A DNA stretch of 55,712 nucleotides. Origin: Octopus bimaculoides (taxonomy: Eukaryota). The first letter of the stretch is position 1, and each line of letters opens with the position of its first letter. Location: NCBI RefSeq assembly GCF_001194135.2, contig NC_068990.1, positions 77,032,286 to 77,087,997 of the forward strand, read 5' to 3'. Below, piece by piece: positions 45,036 through 55,712 of the stretch. The translations under genes were made by a program, and so were the position numbers. The notes below the pieces were generated by a model. It was not told the origin of the DNA. It did no database searches and saw only the letters and a list, made by a program, of their open reading frames with translations.

Positions 45036-48000
45036 TTATCAGGATTATTGCAAACTTCTGACGAAGTACCTTTCCAAAGACACGTTCGCTACTTCTTGAT
45101 TACCCTTATTAATCTATCATTTTTCTACTCTTGGCTCCGTTCAATGGTTTAGTAGTATTCTAACAATGCCGACATCTGTCAGTTGATAATTTACATCGAT
45201 GATAGGAAATCTGCTAAATATTGTCACACAGACTATTTTTTTCCCCACTGTATGTCTACATCTGTTTCTCATAATTGTTTTAAATCTTCGCACATCCTTA
45301 TTATTGAACTATCTGCAATACAGATAGGTACCTGGGTATCATTCGTCTCTGGAACAACGGCATTAAGCTTTAAAAGAATACAATGAACATATCCATCAAT
45401 AGCACACGTTTGACACATCATTTGCTTCGATAATCTCAAAATGAACAACTTGTTAATTTTCCAGATGTATTGGAAATTTTCCACTGGTTGATATCACTAT
45501 TGTATGGGGGATTCATAAGTCTCTGATAAACCTCAGATGCACTTTCATATTGTGAATTGACAAATATTTCAACCTCATCTAAAATCTGCTTTTAACATGC
45601 ACTTGAATCGTTACGTGATCCAATCCTTTTTTAATGTACAAGTGCTTCATTACCTTTACCACATATAGATTTGGACATTTATATGTGGTTCATATTTTGT
45701 ACTGAATATCGAGTTATGCTGTACAACGCAACAATTGTCTACTTTAAACTTATGTCTGCATCTTTTCGGAATGCAGGATCTCCCACAATGTACATCAGAT
45801 CCGTATCTGTAAAGTTGGATAAGAGTTTTCAGTCATAACAGCTTGGTTCAAAAATTATTTCGGAAATCTTTTCCTCCACTGAATAAATCTGGGCTACTGA
45901 GATTGATAGGGCCACAGGGTCTATAGATCACGTTTTCTTAAGCTCCATCGAACAACAAATAATTCCTTTCATCAATATCAACTCCCAGCACAGAAAACTC
46001 AATCAACACCAGCTGATTCTCTGTATATGTATTCTATTAATATTAAATGTATATAAGCACTTACCACTTCACTCTTCTACTTTTCTTTCATCCATCTATA
46101 AGCGATTAAATTTTTTTGGTCATCCTCTAGAAGCAAATCACAAAGAAGCTGTTTCAGTTTCTTTCCAGTCTCTGATGAAACACTCTTACCATAACATCTG
46201 GTCGTTTATTTGGCTTTTGACCTTGAAAACGACTTAGGGCCTTTTTATTTGGATTTGTCGTAAAATAATTAAGTACAGCTATCCATAGTACATGAGAATT
46301 AACAATGAAATTGGAATTTCTATACATTCGCTAGTAATATGATTCTGTTATCAGTTCAGATCCCCTTAATCCTTTCTACAGAATCCATACGTTCTTTCGA
46401 CTTGTCTGCAAAAATTGTTTGCTCAATTATTCTGGCACTATTTCAATGTCTGCTTTTCTACAAAACAATCAAGTGAATATTGTTGTCAGCATATTCTCGG
46501 TTTTAGATTTATCTAGCTCAGATCACACTTGCAATATCTATGAAGGTAATCTACGTGGTGTTTATGATATTCATAATATTCATTTTGAGTCTACCAATAC
46601 CAAAGCAAAAAGATGATGTAATGAAAAGCATCGTAACTTCGATTTATCTCTCTTATACACTTCAAGCTTTTTCTACGTTAATAGATAACAATATGCAGGA
46701 CTTCTGTGGTGTCAGTGTGCTGCAGAACCACCATTTTGCTGAGTGGATATGTTACACTGCTTCTAAAATCCACTATTTTGTCTCCTTTTCTGCTCTTCAT
46801 ACCTATTTAACCTTTTCTCATCTCGTGAGCTTAATAGAACAATGGAAATCGCTCACGGTGCAAGTAATCTTGGAGTTTAGCTATCACGTCCTGGTTGGAT
46901 TATTTCTTAGTCTATTATGTGTTTCATGTCGAAAATGAAAAGCTGTATAAACAACAGACGCTTGTTTCTTTGGAATAAATAACTCAATTCTATCGTTAAT
47001 CTTTCCATGCAGTTTCAGTTTGGATTGTAAACTGATGTTATTATTTCTTGACACCGTAAAAAGATCACAGACATGGCAATGTTGTAGCTTCTAATTTTTC
47101 TTGAAGTAATTGACAGAAAAGAAGCTGGGAATGTGTTTCATTTCTTCTGGAAGGGATGGTCCATCTTCAATGTTACCTAAGTACATCAGTAGTCGGCATA
47201 CCATCCGCAACTTATTAATGTATTACAAAAATTGCATTTGTTCCCATTATTTTAGCTTACCCTTGGTTTTGCACTGTAACTATTGACCGTGGCAGTTCTG
47301 TCTCCTGGAAAGAGATGCATGCAATCCAAACAATAGCAATCTACATTTCTGTGAAAGCACCAGGAAGGCGTGCTTAAGAGTTACGATTATTCTAAGCTTC
47401 CTTTCGAGTCCCCTTTTCTTCTTCACTTCCGTTTCTATTCGTTACAGAGAATTGTATCTTGCCTCGCTTTGATTCAGCTGGGATTTAGTCATGTGGCTTT
47501 TATTAGTTTCCAGGCTGAGTTGTCATAACTCCTCGCCTTTGCCTTCACTTTCTCGGTGACGTCGATTCATTTTCGCGTTCTGTGATTACGTGGTATATAT
47601 TAATTTTCATTTTTTCAAGAAAAGTTCTGAATGATAGTGCGACAGGCAAACATATACACGCACACACGACACGTGTCCACGCGCTTCCACAAATATACAC
47701 AAACGTATTTTGCTAAATTCAACTAGCGTAAGATAAATTTACCTTTACAAAATATAAGATTTTCAAAAAAATTAAAACTCAGCCTTTACAGTTATTTTAA
47801 GCAGTTCAACAACAGAGAACATTAAAAAAAAAAAATCAGACAAAAACGAAAATTTGTTTATCTTCAAAGAAAATTATTTAAAAGAATTTTGAAATGATTT
47901 CTTATTTTAGAATTTTTATCACGTTAGAGAAAAGATGTCTTATGATCAACTTTTCATGGGGAAGATAATGGCGAAGCTTAAGTTTTAATAATTGACACCA

Positions 48001-48690
48001 TTAGGGATTAAAACTGAAATTTGAAATATTTTGTATTCAATTTTGAAAAGGTAATATTATTTAAAAGTGTTAGTGTTTGCAAAAAATTTCTTTTAGAAAT
48101 GTTAAAATCACATAAAGATAAGTTTCTAATTTCAAGTATCACATTATTTTTAATGGGATCCTGTAAACCATTCTAAGAAATGATTGATCACCAAAAAGAA
48201 CAAAGCACACACAGACTAAACATTCAAACATACGCACATTTAAAATATCATATCATCCATTTTATTAAAATTTACTACGTAAAAAATATTTGCAAAATAT
48301 TTAAATCTTGCTGCGTAATTATTGTATATTGTGTTATTGTCAGATAAATTCCTTCCTTTATTTCCATTGTCGTTTGAATAAACACGAAAAATATATTTAT
48401 CATCGTGTTGTATGGGTTTTTTTTTGTAGCTCTGTTTTTCCTCTTCAACATTTATACATAGTTTTTGAAATTTGAATAAATTTTATCCTCTTTTTAGACA
48501 TTTGATTGAGTGCCATATAAAGTTGAGTGACATGTAGAAATAAAATGGGGATTTTTCGACTTCTGTTTCTCTACGTTTTAAGTTAAGGTTCCAAAACTTC
48601 CACAGTTGGCTGTGTATGAAGAAGATACTGTTATTGAGAGACCTACATACTTACACCGCTTTTGCTAAAGATAGCTCAAACTCACAAACG

Positions 48691-48742
<52 letters not shown>

Positions 48743-48848
48743 CATCACACATAGACTCACAGCAGAATAAATGAACATAAAATTACAAGGCAACGACGAA
48801 AACGACCATCATCAGATCACAAAGCATGTTGCAATACAAGATTAAATT

Positions 48849-49096
48849 TCTTCTTCTTCTTCTTCTTCTTCTTCTTCTTCTTCTTCTTCTTCTTCTTCTT
48901 CTGCTTCTTCTTCTTCTTCTTCTTCTTCTTCTTCTGCTTCTTCTTCTTCTTTTTCTTCTTCTCCTTCTTCTTCTTCTTCTTCTTCTTCTTCTTCTTCTTC
49001 TTCTTCTTCTCCTCCTCCTCCTCCTCCTCCTCCTCCTTCTTCTTCTTCTTTTTTTTTCTTCTTCTTCTTCTTCTTCTTCTTCTTCTTCTTTTCTTC
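48849..49096. repeat. (CTT)n/(CTC)n microsatellite
   Basis: Visible directly in sequence. Confidence 0.95.
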
Positions 49097-49482
49097 NNNN
49101 NNNNNNNNNNNNNNNNNNNNNNNNNNNNNNNNNNNNNNNNNNNNNNNNNNNNNNNNNNNNNNNNNNNNNNNNNNNNNNNNNNNNNNNNNNNNNNNNNNNN
49201 NNNNNNNNNNNNNNNNNNNNNNNNNNNNNNNNNNNNNNNNNNNNNNNNNNNNNNNNNNNNNNNNNNNNNNNNNNNNNNNNNNNNNNNNNNNNNNNNNNNN
49301 NNNNNNNNNNNNNNNNNNNNNNNNNNNNNNNNNNNNNNNNNNNNNNNNNNNNNNNNNNNNNNNNNNNNNNNNNNNNNNNNNNNNNNNNNNNNNNNNNNNN
49401 NNNNNNNNNNNNNNNNNNNNNNNNNNNNNNNNNNNNNNNNNNNNNNNNNNNNNNNNNNNNNNNNNNNNNNNNNNNNNNNNNN

Positions 49483-49530
<48 letters not shown>

Positions 49531-50045
49531 TACATATTCCCAGTCTAAGAAAGTCGTTCAAATATTGACAAGAATTAGAAAGCATTTGAATAAGACGACA
49601 GCAATGACTGGATGCTTTTCAGTTTGTATTCGATTTGGTTTGTTTGTAGAAAACATAGTGAATGGTAGACTGTAGACTGTTAAGTAACCTATGTATGTAT
49701 GTATGTATGTATGTATGTATGTATGTATGTATGCGTGTATGTATGTATGTATGTATGTATGGTGTGTGCGTATCAGTGCGTGTATATATATATATATATA
49801 CATACATACATACAAGATATATACACACAAAGATATATATTCATATATACATACATATATATTCATATATATTCATATATATTTATATGTACAAAGATAT
49901 ATATATATAGAGAGAAAGATACACACAGACACACGCACACACACACACACGCGCACGCACACACACACATATGTATGTATGTATGTATGTGTGTATATAT
50001 GTATGTATGTGTGTATATATGTATGTATGTATATCATATGTGCAC

Positions 50046-50079
<34 letters not shown>

Positions 50080-50509
50080 CGAGCTTATATTATACTAACA
50101 ACATACATATATTCATACAGCCCAGCTCCCATATTTGTGTGCGTAAACACAGTCACACACGCATATACACACATATATATATATGTGTATATTTGCATAT
50201 TTCTTTTTCTTTTTTTATTTTCTCCCTTTTCTCTTTTTTCTTTTCTACTGTTCCCTTTTCTTCTTTTTTCTTTTTCCTTTTCTTTCTTTAACTCTCCTCT
50301 CTTTTTCCCCTTTTTTCTCCTCTTTATTTCTCCCTTTTTTCACCTTTATCATATTTTCTCTCCACCACCACGGCCCATGACAAAACAAAAACTATGTATA
50401 TGTACAAGTGCACATGATCTTCAGACAAGTTACGATTGAAATTTGATATCTACCGCAATAAAGTTTGTTTTGATAAAACATCCACGCTTAAATGGGGATA
50501 AATATCATC

Positions 50510-52752
50510 TTAATAACGGTCGCAAATTTTGTCAAGAGGCCCGAAATTTTAGGGTAGTGGGATTAGTCAATTACATCGACCTCATTACTTCACTGGGTAC
50601 TTACTTTATCGATTCTGGAAGGTATGAATGGCAAAGTTCATCTCAGCTAAATTTGAACTCGGAAGAAATGCCACTAAGCATTTTGCTCGACCTGTTAACG
50701 AATCTGCTATTTCGTCGCCCTGCAATAACTTAATAATCCTTTCTACTATAGGCGCCAGTAGGGCGAAGGCGGGTTCTACTAATCCGTCTTCCCCAATGAA
50801 GAGGGCGAGGCGGGTTAGTCGATAATATCGATACCAATGTTCAACTGGTACTCATTTTGTCGACTCTGAAACGATAACTGGCAAAGCTTACCTCAGCGAG
50901 ATTTGAACTCAGAGCGTAAATGCTAACGAATCTATCAGCACACCACCCTACAATAATGGTTTCAAATACTGGCACAAGGCCAGCATTTCAGGGGATAGGG
51001 ATGAGGCGATTACATCGACCCCAGTGCACAGCTGGTACTTATTTTATCGACAGCGAAGAGATGAAAGGCAAATCAATCTCGGTGGAATTTCTTTTCTACT
51101 CTAGGCACAAGGCCTGAAATTTTGGGGGAGGGGTCCAGTCGATTAGATCGACCCCAGTATGCAACTGGTACTTAATTTATCGACCCCGAAAGGATGAAAG
51201 GCAAAGTCAACCTAGGCGGAATTTGAACTCAGAACGTAAAAGACGACGAAATACCGCTAAGCATTTTGCCCAGTGTACTAATGATTCTGTCAGCTCACTG
51301 CAGTACGATAACTTAATCCTTTCTACTATAGGCACAAGACCTGAAATCTGGGGGAGGGGATAGTTGAATACGTCGACCTTAGTACTCAAGTGGTACTTAT
51401 TTTATTGACCCTGAAAAGATGAAAGGCAAGTCAACCTCGGTGGGATTTGAACTACCGCTAAGCATTATTGCCTGGTGTGTTAACGATTCTGCCAGCTCAC
51501 CGCGGTACAATAACTTATTAATGATTTAAAATTTTGGCACAAGGCCAGCAAATTCGGCACATAATTTATCGACCCTGAAAAGATGAAAATCGACCTAGAC
51601 GGCATTTGAACTCAGAATGTAAAGACGGGCGAAATGCCGCTGAGACTTTTTGCCAGACGTGCTAACAATTCTGCCAGCTTGCTGTCTTACAATAGTGACC
51701 AGTACTTTAATTTGTCTATCTCAGGAAAATAAATAAGACAATATCGTCTTCGGCAGTATCTGGGCTGAAAATGTAAAGTGCAGTAATTAAATGCGGCAAC
51801 AAACTTAACCGGACGTTCTATAAATTCTTCGATCGATCATCCTTGTAACAATATAACAATTTCTTACATAGGCATAAGGCCAGAAATTCAGTTGGACGGA
51901 ACATTCGTTTATATGAACTCACGTATTTGACTAATACTTTATTTTTATCGAACTCGAGAGGGATGAAAACGATAAACTTGATCAAGGCGGGATTTGAACG
52001 TGAAGAAGAGTGATTAAATATCAGAAGGATGATTTCCGATGTTATCATATGTCCCCACATTAGTTACTTATTTATTCATTTGTTTATTTTGTGTATGTTG
52101 TTGATTATTGTCGATTTATTCAACCCCAGTATTTCACTTGTATTTATTTGTATCGACCCCCAGAAAGAAGGAAAGCAAAATCGATCTTTGCTGGATTAGA
52201 ATTCAGACCACTCTATTGATTTTACCACTCACCGTTCTTGTAGCAATAACAATAATGATTTTTAACATTGGCACGAAACCAGCGCGAATTTGAGAAGACG
52301 GATATTTATGAATACTGTTCTGTGTCGTAGAGCACATCCGCTTGTCCACACCCGCCATGTTGTCTCGTTTCATTGGACGGTTTTTGCAAGTGCCAAATGA
52401 GGAGCTGCTAGATTCTTACTCAGGCTGTCTTAATCTTTTGGAAGCAAGAAATAGTAGAATGTAGAGATAAATAGGATAAAGTCGTCTTCAGTGTGATTCG
52501 AACGTTGAAACGTAAAGGGTGGTAGTTAAATACCTCAAGGGATCATTTTGACCGCCGTTCTACTGATCCTGCAGATTCAGTATTGTGTGGTAATATAGTA
52601 AGAGCTTCCAACATCGGCACAAAGTCTGATATTTGGTGGGAAGGAACAGTCAATTTTAGCAACTTCACTATTTGGCTGGTACTTTACTTTGTCGACTCAG
52701 GAAGAAGGAGAGACAAAGCTACCATCGGCGGGATTTGAACTGAAAGAGAGGA

Positions 52753-52843
<91 letters not shown>

Positions 52844-53525
52844 AATGAACTTCAGTGCTTCATTCTTCGACCGTGGAAGAATGCAATGTAAAATTGGCCT
52901 CGACGGGATTTCAAATCAGAACAGCAAAAATCCAAAATAATTACTACAGAGTATTTGTCTGATTTTCTAACGATTCTGTAACTCCACCACCTTGGGAAGG
53001 ATATAATGGACTACATCGATTTCAGTACTTAATTAGTAGTTATTTTATCGATCCCGACAGGGTTTGAACTCAAGCATTAAGGATTCCTGAATCACATACT
53101 CCGTTGGGATACAACAATAGACTTTGCCAAGAATTTTCCTATAATCTAATAATGTGAAATAATGGTGCAATATACCTATCTAAATATGAGTTGCTCAACG
53201 ACGTTGAGAAATAGCGACCAAACCGCCACTAAATCAGACCTACTAGCGTTTAAAAGAATTTGTAGAATATATTAATTATATCTGAAGATGAAAAAGAACA
53301 AGCAAAACATGCCATCGATGTAATGCTTTCTTTTTATTACACATTTGCTTGATCAGGTTTGATCAGAGGTTAAATAGAAACATCAACAACAACGACGATA
53401 ACACAAACAACAATAACAAGAATAACCGAATTGGTCTCGACAGGATTTCAAATCAGAACAGCAAAAATCCAGAATAATTACTACAATGCAATAGTCTGGT
53501 TTTCTAACGATTCTGTGTCTTCACC
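50510..53525 (-). mobile_element. dense array of about a dozen co-oriented full or partial SINE-A copies
   Basis: Recurrent GGCACAAGGCC...GTCGA...GGTACTTATTTTATCGAC...GATGAAAGGCAAAGTC...GGATTTGAACTC...AACGATTCTG units, all on the - strand. Confidence 0.88.
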
Positions 53526-53943
53526 GTCGAACTAAATGTTTTATAACACACAGTCTTATCTCCTTTCTATTGGGGTTCACATATCTCTCTCTGAAAGTCG
53601 AATCGAATTCACTTTTTCTAAAGCATAATTCCTAACGTTTTAGTCGTGTAATTAAAATGAAGACACACAGAATGTCGAGAGTGTGAGATATCTCCTAGTC
53701 AAGTTACTCTTCTTCTTCAGTCAGAAGATTTGACTTCAACTTTCATTATTAGCGAAACATCTCGTTATTTATAGTTTTCTTTCCCAGCTTCGTGTATCGG
53801 TGAATGGCATCTGGTCAATTTAATGCAAAAAGATTTCTTTGCTCAGTAGGAAACTTCGGTCTGCCAGAAATAACACACAAACTCCCCTTTACACTTTGCT
53901 GTTTAAAACACACCAAAACCACCTATTACTGCTGCTGCTGCTG

Positions 53944-54007
<64 letters not shown>

Positions 54008-54229
54008 AAACAAGGGAATTAACCTCTAAGTTATCATTAGGCCTGCTACAAATAACATCTAACACAATATCCATCAAAACACATCTTACCATCTTTAAAG
54101 AAATGAAGGCTACGTTGGACAATGACGTCCTGTTGGGGAGATTAAAAAAGAGACGGTAAAGTCACGATTGGAATTGTCTTTCAAGACAAGTCTGTTTAAT
54201 CCAGAATGGGTTGGAGGCTCAACAATAAG

Positions 54230-54335
54230 AGCTACAACTATTAGCTCTAGCTTTTCGCTCCCTTTGGAGTACAGGCTGTCGACGATTTTTCTCCACTATT
54301 CTCGACTTTGGGTTGTCATCAAGACCACTCCTTCA
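54230..54335 (-). mobile_element. probable RTE-type LINE 3' terminal fragment
   Basis: GCTCCCTTTGGAGTACAGGCTGTCGACGATTTTCTCCAC resembles, from memory, the reverse strand of RTE 3' ends; short and unverified. Confidence 0.4.
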
Positions 54336-54344
54336 GTTTGGTAG

Positions 54345-54580
54345 TAAAACAAATTTACCTTCTCTAGTCACGCCGACTCATGAGAGCCGGTCTTCCGATT
54401 TCCATGACGTATAAATTCTCTACCTGGACGGGACGTCAGTTCGTCACAGGATTACTCATTTTTGCCAGCTGAGTGAACTGGATCAACGTGAAATGAAGTG
54501 TTTTGCTCAAGAACTCAAAGCGTCGTCCGGTCCCGGAATAGAAACCACAATCTAATGATCACTAAGCCACGCGCTCCCAC
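54345..54580 (-). mobile_element. SINE family C (tail type 1)
   Basis: On the - strand: GCGCGTGGCTTAGTG...GAGTTCTTGAGCAAAACACTTCATTTCACGTTGATCCAGTTCACTCAGCTGGCAAAAATGAGTAATCCTGTGACGAACTGACGTCCCGTCCAGG. Confidence 0.88.
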
Positions 54581-54589
54581 GAGTGTGAG

Positions 54590-54708
54590 AACTTACAGCA
54601 CTTAGGTATCTCAAGCGGCCACCCATTTAAGTATTAACTAGGCTCGGTGTATCTTAACTTCGGTGATTAGACGAGAACCGATGCATTCAAAGTGATATGG
54701 CCGGAAGC
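54590..54708 (-). pseudogene. 5S rRNA pseudogene (full length, 119 nt)
   Basis: The reverse complement GCTTCCGGCCATATCACTTTGAATGCATCGGTTCTCGTCTAATCACCGAAGTTAAG...TTAATACTTAAATGGGTGGCCGCTTGAGATACCTAAGTGCTGTAAGT is colinear with metazoan 5S. The C-box TTGGATGGG is changed to TTAAATGGG and there is no T4 terminator. Confidence 0.92.
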
Positions 54709-55712
54709 AGTATGGGAGTCACTGAGGGAAGGCCTTCCTTCGGGGACCCCCATACCGAGACCTTCCTTTCTCAGGTCTTGCTGGTTTTGAATTCTAACCG
54801 ATGCTTTTTTTAAACTTTGCTTTTTATTTTCTAGGTAATTGTGTTGGCTTTACCCAAGCCTATTATTACCTCTGGAAAAAAGTGGACCATGTTAGTCTGG
54901 TCTCTAGCCATTGACCTGTCCGGTATGAGAGGTCCTACCTGAATTTTGAGTTCCGCTGGTATAGCTCTCAAAGCAATTGGGGCTCGCAAGCCACCACACT
55001 GTCATAAGGAGAATTAGTCTTTGTGGTGGGTAAGTACTATATGTTTTCTCTCTGTTATATCTTCATTAGCATAGTCATCGTTTTATGTTGCTCTAAACTT
55101 ACTTGACGTTTGTGTAACCAGTCCATCACTAACCCATAACATGTACCACCCAAGCTTTTCGTACATGTTTACAGTGTCACTCTCCTCCCTTTCCCACTTC
55201 TTCCTCTTTCAGTCTGTCTCAGAACTTCGATCCTCTGGAACTCCATCAATTTCACCACATTTATTTTCCCAAACGTCGATTTGTCGAAGACGAAGAAGGT
55301 GAAAGATATCAAACTGAACATCGACTGCATCGACCTCAACAATCTGGGATGTTTTTTCAATTCGTGTTATTACCTCCCCTTACATCTTTCTAAACAATGG
55401 AGATAAACAATCTAGGACTCACTGTATTGTTTATTTCAACAAAAGAGTTGCCGAACGAGTTCCAGAGTCTATTGATATCACTCATTTTGGATAAGCAAGG
55501 TCAAGTAAAAATCTTTAGGTTACACGGCATTAGGCAAGGATATTTAGGTCTAAATATAGATTTGCAAATTAAGTCCGATATATTGCTATTTATTCTGAAC
55601 AGATTTTATCGTCAATTATTGTTTCATGTGTTCGTCGATATATCTTTAATAATATCTTGGTGGATGTATTGGATGCTATCAAGATTTAAGACTACTATAT
55701 CTCCCCCCGCTC

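Larger units (their letters stand above)
42640..47560 (-). mobile_element. decayed Helitron Rep/Helicase ORF (~5 kb) with nested insertions
   Basis: Motifs occur in the correct order from high to low coordinate: KIRSYNIAMS (~47090), IHQDVIAKLQDYL (~46870), GQ.P.KRPDVMVRVFHQRL (~46200), IYRPCGPIN and VDNCCVVQHNSIFSTKYEPHINV (~45900-45680), NGRT.H, IDIDE and DDWRQILPGVP (~44150-43910), FPVKLSFDYAIHKAEGQAL (~42800, PIF1 motif VI). Many stops and frameshifts. Confidence 0.88.

Overview
This is eukaryotic, AT-rich, repeat-saturated DNA from a short-read draft assembly. It has about 19 N-gaps totalling roughly 6 kb, most of them flanked by microsatellites. The SINE families and microsatellite load point to a coleoid cephalopod, most likely Octopus (inferred, not database-checked). 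I cannot confidently identify any host protein-coding gene. Almost all listed ORFs are microsatellite or gap artefacts or transposon remnants, and only weak candidate exons remain. Supported content: (1) dozens of copies of three tRNA-headed SINE families (called A, B and C here); (2) mariner and Tc1-like (DD36E spacing) transposase relics; (3) a 5' half of a Buster-type hAT element plus two hAT MITEs with TA-centred target sites; (4) a ~5 kb decayed Helitron Rep/Hel ORF; (5) RTE and L1/Tx1 LINE fragments; (6) two families of R4/Dong-like RLE retrotransposon fragments, one embedded in (TAA)n and one ending in (TACA)n; (7) a 5S rRNA pseudogene. The most interesting leads are three hammerhead-ribozyme-like folds on the + strand (Penelope-type), the (TACA)n-associated RLE family with a perfect 14-bp fold-back at one 5' junction, a 5S pseudogene abutting a tRNA-SINE, several long hairpins and inverted SINE pairs that would be ADAR substrates if transcribed. 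There is no CRISPR array and no prokaryotic system.
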